Translations under genes and position numbers: made by a program
Shown: positions 1-7,216 of the stretch, in pieces
Layout of the letters: each line of letters starts with the position of its first letter
Position numbering within the stretch: the stretch's first letter is position 1
Assembly: GCA_964584035.1 (NCBI GenBank)
Contig: CAZOYL010000072.1
Coordinates: 1 to 13,065 of the forward strand
From: an uncultured Gemmatimonadota bacterium
GTDB taxonomy: Bacteria > SM23-81
DNA: 13,065 bases
Reading direction: 5' to 3'
Notes under the pieces: model-generated
Told to the model about the DNA's origin: nothing
The model's input: the letters and a program-made list of their open reading frames with translations, nothing else
Databases searched by the model: none

Positions 1-807
1 GTCGGCTAAAACGGCCAGACTCCCGGATACATCGAGGCCCACGCAGCTTCCCGGACTATCGTAGGAGCCCCGTTCCAATGGCAGCGCCGGGTCACCGACA
101 TCCAGGATCCGCAGCCCGCTGACGCCCGCAGCCACGAACAGCAGAGTGTCCTTCAGGAACAGGTCAGCGGCGAAGATACGTCCGGGGAAACGGTAGTTTG
201 ACACCACTGCCGGATGCTCCGGGTCGGCGATCCCGAAGATGTCCACGCCGCCGTATCCGCTGGCCACGAAGGCCAGGGAGTCGGAAGCGACCACGGCCTG
301 AGCGTCCTCCGTGGTGGGCAGGGTGGCCAGCCATCGCGGTTCGGCGGGATCCGATACGTCGATGATCTGCAGGCCGGACTCCCCGGCGGCCAGAAAGATC
401 AGGCCATCGCCGGCGGAAACGCCCCGGACCGGCCCGGCCAGGCTCAATTTCCCTGCCGAAACCAGGCCGCCGGCATCATGCCGCGCGATCTGCAGGCCGC
501 CCGGACCATCGGCCAGGAAGATGTCATCTCCCCGGATGTCCAGATCCAGGCCGGTGCCCGGCAGGAACAGCCGGCTCAGTTCCGTGGGGGGCTGGTCGGG
601 ATGCAGCTTGAGCGCCACCACGCCATTTGCGAAGGCGCAGTAGGCGGTGTCCCCGCAGATGATGACATCGCGGACGTCCGTCCACAGCGCGCTGCCCGCA
701 TAGTGCAGATCCGCCAGGCGGGCCCGCGCTCCGGCCGGCAGCAGCGGCAGCAGGATGGTGATCAGCGCTATTGCGATTTTCAAAGGACGTGTACAGATGA
801 AAAGCAT
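1..807 (-). CDS. Secreted LVIVD-repeat (beta-propeller) protein, 5' part; runs off the left edge of the window
   Basis: Absent from the ORF track; translated by hand. ATG at 807 overlaps the TAA of the upstream gene (TAATG). The frame is open for 269 codons to position 1. It begins MLFICTRPLKIAIALITILLPLLPAGARA (signal peptide), followed by ~42-aa repeats such as IFLAAGESGLQIIDVSDPAEP, AFVASGYGGVDIFGIADPEHP and LFVAAGVSGLRILDVGDPALP, typical of LVIVD repeats. Confidence 0.88.
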   Translation of the reverse strand, partial: MLFICTRPLKIAIALITILLPLLPAGARARLADLHYAGSALWTDVRDVIICGDTAYCAFANGVVALKLHPDQPPTELSRLFLPGTGLDLDIRGDDIFLADGPGGLQIARHDAGGLVSAGKLSLAGPVRGVSAGDGLIFLAAGESGLQIIDVSDPAEPRWLATLPTTEDAQAVVASDSLAFVASGYGGVDIFGIADPEHPAVVSNYRFPGRIFAADLFLKDTLLFVAAGVSGLRILDVGDPALPLERGSYDSPGSCVGLDVSGSLAVLAD

Positions 808-2822
808 TATTTCAAAAGGACCATCTTGCGAACGGTTTTCAGATCACCGGCCTGGAACCGGCAGAAGTAGATCCCGCTGGACACTTCCAGCCCGTGATCG
901 TCCAGGCCTCTCCAGGTGAGGGTGTGCTGGCCGGCCGATTCAACCCCGTCCACCAGGGTGCGCACCTTCTGCCCGGCGATGTTGAAGATCTCGATCCGCA
1001 CCGGACCGGCCTGCGGCAGGGCATAGGTCAGCCGGGTGACCGGGTTGAAGGGATTGGGGTAGTTCTGCGACAGGGCATACGCTTCGGGCATCCGGCCGGC
1101 GGTCTCTTCCACGCCGGTGGTGACCGTGCCGATGTCGTCGTCGCCTCGGAGCTCGATCTCGTATTGATCGTAGCTGTAGTCGATGACGCCCTGGATATAG
1201 TCGATGTGGTCGTTGAGCTGCGGCTCGTAGCTGTATGTGCCGCTGACGTCCACCTGGGCCGTGCCGCTCCCGTCGTCGATGTGCCAGTTGCCGAAGCCGT
1301 CGTCGGGATTGGTCACGGTGACGTCCCTCACCATGACATAGACGCCCTCATACGGCTCGCTGGCCGGGTCCTCGAAACCCAGCTCCGCGGTGGTGCATTC
1401 CACCGGAGGGAGATCGTGGCCGGAGCTCAGCAGCGTGTAGGAGGCCAGGTCGCCGATCTCGGTCTTGCCGAAATATTCCGAGATCTGACCGGTGATCTGG
1501 ACCTTGTCCCCGACCGCCGGACTGTATGCCCCGGCGTCATATACGTAGATGCCGTTCCAGGCCCCGCCGGTGCCCTGAGGATCCGCGTCGTCCTGGATAT
1601 GAATATGGGTGCTGGAGTGGGAGTGATCCTCGGTGACCACGCCGGTGATGGTCACCAGCAGGCTCTCCATGGGGGAGGGATACGTGCTGTTGGGTCCGGG
1701 ATCGGCGGTGAACTGGACATCATAGATGGTGGCCGGCACCGACTGCACCACCGAGTAGCTGACCACCTCGCTGGGAGCGTTCTCCGGCTCATAGGAGGTC
1801 TGCCCGATGTTGTCGGTGGCGGTGATGTAGAAACCGACCGTGGTTCCCAACGGCTGCGGCGGGATCCGGCCCAGGTAGGAGGCGCCGCCCAGGTGTTCCA
1901 GGGGCGCGTCGTAGAACTCGCCGCCGTTCAACTGATAATAGAGGACCGACTCCACCACGGTGCCGTCATCCACGATGGTGATGGTCACCATCACCGTGTC
2001 CGCAGGCTGGGGCGGCATGGGGGCATAGGAGTAACCGATCAGGGGCGCTCCGGTGGCCAGGACCAGGTCCTCGGGCTTGCGGCACAGCAGGGTGTAGTTT
2101 CCGTAAACGTGATAGACCACGCCGGTGATCGACTCGAACACCGAGCCGGCAGGGGGAATGGGATAAGTGGTCAGGCTGTCGGCGTACAGGCGGATGACGC
2201 AGGACTGCGACCAGCCGCCGTCGTCGCTGACCCAGAACTGCGCGTAGGCCGACTCCTGAGAGGTGACCACCACGTTCTCCACCTTCACCCGGCAGCCCTC
2301 ATACTGTTCGGCGTCTCGCTCCAGAGCGGACATGGAATCCAGATCGGCCGGGGTCAGGGTGATGATCTCGGGCTGTGGTTTTCCCTCTCCGACCTTGAGC
2401 ACGGCCGAGGAGGTGTAGATCTCGGTCATGCTGGTCTCTATGTTGTATCCCGTCTCCAGGCTGTCGCTGACGGTGGTGTATTCCCCTATCGTGCCGATGA
2501 CGATGATGGAGTCCCCTCGCCCGACATTGAAGGCCGAGTTATCGCTGTTGAAGAGGAGAATTCCGCTCCACGGGCCGCCGGCGACGTCCTGCATGTACAG
2601 GGTGATATTGCCGCCGGCGTACATCTCGCCGGCTCCCACCGTGACGATGCCGGTGGTCCAGATGGTGTCGGTGGGGAAGGCGGCCTGGTAGGAGCTGTCG
2701 CCCCCGGCCTGAACCTCCTGAATCTCCGGAATGCTCATGAAGGGATAGGGAATCTGCCCGCTGGCCGGCGCGATCCAGGCCAGGATCAGCACCAGCATGC
2801 CGATAACGATGAAAGTCCTCAT
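807..2822 (-). CDS. Secreted protein with duplicated OB-fold-like modules (ExeM/NucH N-terminal-like) and a C-terminal FlgD-Ig/T9SS type A-like sorting domain
   Basis: 671-aa ORF with signal peptide MRTFIVIGMLVLILAWIAPASG and a G-rich RBS upstream. Two internal repeats (SIPEIQ..TTGIVT..GD.I.V.G.I.EY..TEI..EQYEGCRVKVENVVVT and TIYDVQ..TITGVVT..GD.V.I.G.I.EY..TEI..EPYEGVYVMVRDVTVT). C-terminus ALSQNYPNPFNP...IFNIAGQKVRTL...W.G.D..G..VSSGIYF...KMVLLK. Confidence 0.85.
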   Translation of the reverse strand: MRTFIVIGMLVLILAWIAPASGQIPYPFMSIPEIQEVQAGGDSSYQAAFPTDTIWTTGIVTVGAGEMYAGGNITLYMQDVAGGPWSGILLFNSDNSAFNVGRGDSIIVIGTIGEYTTVSDSLETGYNIETSMTEIYTSSAVLKVGEGKPQPEIITLTPADLDSMSALERDAEQYEGCRVKVENVVVTSQESAYAQFWVSDDGGWSQSCVIRLYADSLTTYPIPPAGSVFESITGVVYHVYGNYTLLCRKPEDLVLATGAPLIGYSYAPMPPQPADTVMVTITIVDDGTVVESVLYYQLNGGEFYDAPLEHLGGASYLGRIPPQPLGTTVGFYITATDNIGQTSYEPENAPSEVVSYSVVQSVPATIYDVQFTADPGPNSTYPSPMESLLVTITGVVTEDHSHSSTHIHIQDDADPQGTGGAWNGIYVYDAGAYSPAVGDKVQITGQISEYFGKTEIGDLASYTLLSSGHDLPPVECTTAELGFEDPASEPYEGVYVMVRDVTVTNPDDGFGNWHIDDGSGTAQVDVSGTYSYEPQLNDHIDYIQGVIDYSYDQYEIELRGDDDIGTVTTGVEETAGRMPEAYALSQNYPNPFNPVTRLTYALPQAGPVRIEIFNIAGQKVRTLVDGVESAGQHTLTWRGLDDHGLEVSSGIYFCRFQAGDLKTVRKMVLLK

Positions 2823-2846
2823 CTTCAGCCCCCCTTGGGATAGAGG

Positions 2847-4742
2847 TTACTTGATGACCAGGAATTTGGCGGTTCTCACCTCGCCGCTGTTCAGATCTTT
2901 CACGGCGCAAATATACAGGCCGGTGGCTACCGGCTGATCCTTTTGGGAGATCATGTCCCAGGCATGTTCGCCATACTCCGGATCATGATGCTCGAACACA
3001 TCCACCAGATCGCCGGCCAGCGTGTAGATACGAATCTGGGCATCTGCCGGGAGGTTATTGAAATACAGCATCCGCTCCCGCTCGCCCAGGCCATCCCACA
3101 CCGCCCGGGCCCGATAGGGATTGGGGTAGACGCCGATCTCTCCTTGGGAGGCCGGCTTGGTGCCGGGGTAGACGAGCATCTTGTTCAGGTTGATGGTGCT
3201 CTCCAGGCTGGGCAGGTTGTTGTCCGGATCTCCCCGGTCAAACGCGGTCACGGCATACCAGTAAGGCCAGCCGTTGTGAACATTATCGTTGAGAAACTGG
3301 TGTACGACTCCGGTGTTATACCCCAGCTCATCGATCGCGTCGAACTGGGCCAGGAGGATAAAGCTCTCCGTCTTCCCCTCGAAGGAGATGCTGCGATAGA
3401 TGCGGTAGCCCTCGAAATCCTGCTGGTGGCTGACCGGATCGATATAGCTCTCCGGTTCGTCATTCCAGGACAGCAGCACCTGACCGTCCCGGGGATCGGC
3501 CTGAAGATCCGGCGAGGGCGGCGGGGTGGGCAGACTGTAATCGTTATCATAGGCGATCTGAGCCCAGGCGGCGTTCAGCTTGAGATAGGCCAGGCGGTCC
3601 GTGTCCGGACCCCACTTGCCGCAGACGATAGCGAAAACCACGTTGAGACTGTCATTGGCCGCCAGCTCCTCGATAGGTCCGCAGGACAGCAGCATGACCC
3701 AGTCTCTGGGCTCCGGGGTGACCGGACTGGCATTGGGGTCCAGATCCAGGTAGCTGTTTCCCATCTTATCATAACGGGCCTGCTCATCTCTGGGCATCAG
3801 CAGATACTGATAGGTAGGGTCGGCCGAGCTGCTGCGACGGAACAGCCAGTGATTGTAGTTGGTCAGGCTGTCCAGGCCGATCCGGGGGGTGGTGCCCAGC
3901 AGCTTCATTCCCACGTAACTGTCGGCATAGCCGTAATCGCCGTCATCGTCATATTCGTAGGCCAGACGGAGACTGTCCACGTATCCATTGCTATCATCAT
4001 AGTAGTTCCAGTCGCCCTCTTCGGGATCGGTGAGATTGCGATTGCCCACGGTGGTGTCCACCCAGAATCCCAGGTAGACCTCTCTCAGCGGCAGGTCGTC
4101 CTTTCGGATGTTCTTGATGGTGAAGTTGAGGATGACGAAGGCATCGGCGAAGGGATAGCTCCAGGCATAGGTCTCCTGGTGCACCTCGATGCCCAGAGGA
4201 ACATGGTTGGGGATCTGGATGGAGGTCCCGGGAACCACGGTGTGGGTGTCGGTGTAGGTGGCGACGAAATCCTGTTCGGAGATGGCCGAGGGGCTGTAGT
4301 ACCGGGAGGTGGTGATGGAGGAATATTCGGCGATGCTGTCCCTCAGATCGGCGGCGAACTCGAAACCCTCCTCGCCCTGATCCACCGATCCGGCATCCAG
4401 GGCGCCGGTGGTCACCCGGTAGATCCCGTCGGGCAGCTTTGCGCCCACCCAGAGACCGCCCCGGTAGATATGTTCGATGCCCGAACCCAGCGGGTACTCG
4501 CAGGAAGGCTGATCCGGATTGGAGAAGCCGTTGCCGAAGTTACTGAAATTGGTCACCGTCATGCCGACGTTGCCGATGGTGGTATAGTGCCAGTAGTCGT
4601 CCACCAGGGGTTTGCCGGCGCTGGGGGTTAAAGAGGCTGAACGGCCCCGGGCATCCTGGCCGGGGGCTTGAGCAGCCAGGCCCGATGCGGCCAGCATGAT
4701 CACAAGACCGAGAAAGATATGACCCCGGAATGTGGGCTTCAT
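2847..4742 (-). CDS. Secreted hypothetical protein with Fn3-like domain and C-terminal T9SS-like sorting domain
   Basis: 631-aa ORF with an N-terminal signal peptide. Fn3-like region PPPSPDL...VLLSW...DFEGYRIYRS...YWYAVTAFD. C-terminus VYPNPY...IRIYTLAGDLV...WDM....QPVATGLYI...KFLVIK. No catalytic motif recognised, and no clear Shine-Dalgarno before the ATG. Confidence 0.8.
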   Translation of the reverse strand: MKPTFRGHIFLGLVIMLAASGLAAQAPGQDARGRSASLTPSAGKPLVDDYWHYTTIGNVGMTVTNFSNFGNGFSNPDQPSCEYPLGSGIEHIYRGGLWVGAKLPDGIYRVTTGALDAGSVDQGEEGFEFAADLRDSIAEYSSITTSRYYSPSAISEQDFVATYTDTHTVVPGTSIQIPNHVPLGIEVHQETYAWSYPFADAFVILNFTIKNIRKDDLPLREVYLGFWVDTTVGNRNLTDPEEGDWNYYDDSNGYVDSLRLAYEYDDDGDYGYADSYVGMKLLGTTPRIGLDSLTNYNHWLFRRSSSADPTYQYLLMPRDEQARYDKMGNSYLDLDPNASPVTPEPRDWVMLLSCGPIEELAANDSLNVVFAIVCGKWGPDTDRLAYLKLNAAWAQIAYDNDYSLPTPPPSPDLQADPRDGQVLLSWNDEPESYIDPVSHQQDFEGYRIYRSISFEGKTESFILLAQFDAIDELGYNTGVVHQFLNDNVHNGWPYWYAVTAFDRGDPDNNLPSLESTINLNKMLVYPGTKPASQGEIGVYPNPYRARAVWDGLGERERMLYFNNLPADAQIRIYTLAGDLVDVFEHHDPEYGEHAWDMISQKDQPVATGLYICAVKDLNSGEVRTAKFLVIK

Positions 4743-4849
4743 AAGATAGAAGAAGTTGAAATGAGGTGGGATGAACAGCTTGGTGAGATCTCCGGCTCCG
4801 TTCGGGGTGACCTCACAGGAGTTTGCGTCCGCCTTTTTCTAACAGAGAC

Positions 4850-4878
4850 AGTATATCCGATGGCGGCACGAAAGTCAA
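4850..4878 (-). promoter_or_regulatory. sigma70-type promoter for the three-gene secreted-protein operon
   Basis: TTGACT (4878-4873), 17-bp spacer, TATACT (4855-4850); about 100 nt upstream of the ATG at 4742. Confidence 0.7.
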
Positions 4879-5004
4879 GCCGTTTTTGGTTAAAAAACAT
4901 CCACATACAGATGAGATCATATGTCTGTGTGTTCGCTGTTCGAGTTCGTTGGAAGGCCGGCAAGGCCCTGTGACGTCGGTGGCCGGAAACAGCCGCCGGC
5001 TTCT

Positions 5005-7023
5005 CTACCAGCTGATGCTCAATCCGCCACGGATCTGCCGCCCCGGCGCCGGGCTGGTATAGACGTGATGGTAAGGGGTGTCGAAAAGATTCTGGACGGA
5101 CACGAAGGGCTCCAGGCCGAGAGGAAAAGTTCTCCGCAGCATGATATCGACGATGGCGTAGGAAGCCAGGTGGTCCCGGCGGCCGCCATAGAAATCGTTG
5201 TAGAAATATCTCCGGGAGATGGCCGAGCCGGAAAGATACAGGCGAATATCGTGGGGCAGATCGGTTCGTAGGGTCCAGTCCACCTGGTGCCGGGGGCGAT
5301 ACTGGAGGTCGTCCCCGGGTCTGTTCCGCGACCGGTTTTCGGCCCACAGGCAGCTGTAGCTCAGCCGGGTGTGAAATCCGGAGAATGGATCGGTCAGAAA
5401 GGTTATCTCTCCGCCGGTGAGGATCGCCCTGGGAATATTGAGCAGCGCGGGGGAGGTATAATTGCCCCCGATGAGGTTTTGGACACGATCGAAATAGGCC
5501 GATCCCATGATCTGCAGCCGGGCCGCCGGGGTCCATTTTCCGCCCAGCTCCAGGTGAACAGAGCGCTGTACTTTCAGATCGGGATTGCCGTCGGTGCCAT
5601 AGAGCTGTTTCATGGTCGGAAAGCGGCTCAGGCCGGCCCCGGTCAGATAGAGGCGAACGGACGGGGAGATCACCGCGGCCAGGGAGAGGCGGGGGTTGAA
5701 AGAGGCCGGATCTTCGCCGGGATCTTTTTCGCCGGCCGCCTGGATTTTCTCCTGATAGGTACCTGCGCAGCCGGCATTGACCGATACGCCCGTGCTCAGA
5801 CTGGCCTGGTCCTCCAGGGACCACCACCAGGTCCTGTGACGGTACTGGTCGGTCGGCTCCCCGCGGTCGGGCGTATCGCGATGGACATCCTCGGTCAGGC
5901 CGGCAGACACGGTCACACGGCCGACGCGCCCCGGTATGAGGTCGAGACCAAGGCGGCCGCCCAGGGCGTGGTCATCATAGATGCTGTGAAAGGCATAGGG
6001 TTTTTCCTGTGAGCTATACGTGTCGTCGTCATAGCCGTCCAGGATGTTATCATAGGTGTGGTAAAACAGGGCGGTCTGTATCCAGGCGCGATCGTTCAGC
6101 CGGCCGGAAGCCGTCAGGCCGGTCTGGGTCTGCTTCCATTCCTCAAATCGCCAGTAACGAACGCGGCTCTTGTCTTTCTCCGGATTATAGATAGGGTGGG
6201 GGGGAACGCCCCAGTGATTATCGGCTAGCCCGAGGGACAGGTCCACCCGGAATCGGTCGCTGGGAATAAAACTTCCCCTCAGGTGAGCGGCATCCCTGAC
6301 CTGATCGCTGTTGTCCCGCCAGCCGCCGTCCTCATAGTGCAGATCTGTCTGACCGCCCGGCAGAGCCGGCACCGCCGCCGACTGAAAGTCGGCCGCCAGG
6401 CGAAATCCGTCCGACCGGTCACGGCTGCCCGAAAGGGACAGCCGCCAGGGACCCCGCTGCCATCCGGAGGCCAGCTGCAGCCCGTAGGTTCCGTTCTCGG
6501 ATATGGACACGGAGGCATTATTGGGGGGGGCGTTGGAATGATCTCCGGTGACGATCTGAATCACGCCGCCCAGGGTGTTGGGGCCATAGTGGAGGGGGGC
6601 GGAACCCTTGATCACCCGGATGGAGCGGATCTGCTCGACCGACAGTTGATCCAGCTCCACCAAGCCGTCGAAGGGGGCATACAGCGGCACATCGTCCACC
6701 ACGATCAGCAGATTCTGCTGTTCATAACCTCTCAGGGAGACATAGGCGCCATGGCCCACCCGGCATACTCCGGTCCGCAGCCCGGGCAGAAGATCCAGTG
6801 CCCCGGCCACCGTGGTGACGCCCTGCTGACGGAGATCCTCCGCCGTGATCTGCTCCACGGCGGAAAAGAAGGCCTCGCTTTCTCGAAAGGCCGAGGTGAT
6901 GATCAGATCCAATTGATAAGCCGGGGGTGATTCATCCTCGGCATCGGCGTATTGAGCATGTGTTGCCGCCGCCGGCAGGACGATGACGGCCAGAGCGGCC
7001 AGGAGCGTGGGGACGTATCGCAT
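5005..7023 (-). CDS. TonB-dependent outer-membrane receptor (plug + beta-barrel), substrate unknown
   Basis: The ORF track gives 5005..7074. I place the start at ATG 7023 (MRYVPTLLAALAVIVLPAAATHA signal peptide) because the 7074 start sits at about the predicted transcription start. Plug motifs: ITAEDL..QG.TTVAGALDLLPGL, SLRG, IRVIKGSAPLHYGPNTLGGVIQIVT. Barrel end: GNPDLK, VQNLFD..Y, PGR...GLSISW (terminal aromatic residue). Confidence 0.92.
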   Translation of the reverse strand: MRYVPTLLAALAVIVLPAAATHAQYADAEDESPPAYQLDLIITSAFRESEAFFSAVEQITAEDLRQQGVTTVAGALDLLPGLRTGVCRVGHGAYVSLRGYEQQNLLIVVDDVPLYAPFDGLVELDQLSVEQIRSIRVIKGSAPLHYGPNTLGGVIQIVTGDHSNAPPNNASVSISENGTYGLQLASGWQRGPWRLSLSGSRDRSDGFRLAADFQSAAVPALPGGQTDLHYEDGGWRDNSDQVRDAAHLRGSFIPSDRFRVDLSLGLADNHWGVPPHPIYNPEKDKSRVRYWRFEEWKQTQTGLTASGRLNDRAWIQTALFYHTYDNILDGYDDDTYSSQEKPYAFHSIYDDHALGGRLGLDLIPGRVGRVTVSAGLTEDVHRDTPDRGEPTDQYRHRTWWWSLEDQASLSTGVSVNAGCAGTYQEKIQAAGEKDPGEDPASFNPRLSLAAVISPSVRLYLTGAGLSRFPTMKQLYGTDGNPDLKVQRSVHLELGGKWTPAARLQIMGSAYFDRVQNLIGGNYTSPALLNIPRAILTGGEITFLTDPFSGFHTRLSYSCLWAENRSRNRPGDDLQYRPRHQVDWTLRTDLPHDIRLYLSGSAISRRYFYNDFYGGRRDHLASYAIVDIMLRRTFPLGLEPFVSVQNLFDTPYHHVYTSPAPGRQIRGGLSISW

Positions 7024-7080
7024 GAGAATTCTTCCACGACACCATGGGTGATGAGAGAAACGGGAGAAAGGCAAAAAGAA

Positions 7081-7109
7081 ATAATACGGGTCGGCCCGAT
7101 CATTGTCAA
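7081..7109 (-). promoter_or_regulatory. sigma70-type promoter for the TonB-dependent receptor
   Basis: TTGACA (7109-7104), 17-bp spacer, TATTAT (7086-7081); directly downstream of the previous gene's terminator. Confidence 0.75.
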
Positions 7110-7155
7110 TACTTTTATCGATGCCGTCTCATCAGGAGTTGTCTCTTGAGGCTAG

Positions 7156-7181
7156 AAAAAAGCCCCGCCGGAGCGGGGCTT
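7156..7181 (-). terminator. Rho-independent terminator after the beta-helix gene
   Basis: Minus strand reads AAGCCCCGC-TCCG-GCGGGGCTT-TTTT: a GC stem plus U6 tract, ~35 nt after the stop at 7217. Confidence 0.85.
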
Positions 7182-7216
7182 GTGAAGTTTTTTTGCGATG
7201 GCGGCGATGGGAGCGC

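Noticed and set aside
4780..4845. GGACGCAAA motif in the operon leader, resembling the c-di-GMP-I (GEMM) riboswitch
   Set aside because: The upstream GGCAAAC/GNRA hairpin and the downstream tetraloop-receptor stem are not present; only one short motif matches.
4739..5827. 362-aa minus-strand ORF overlapping the TBDR 3' half and the intergenic region
   Set aside because: Alternate-frame, Arg/Pro-rich and low in information. The TBDR frame is intact to its terminal Trp, so no frameshift is needed.
6523..6530. G8 homopolymer in the TBDR as a phase-variation tract
   Set aside because: In frame (Ala-Pro-Pro codons), short, and unremarkable in GC-rich DNA.
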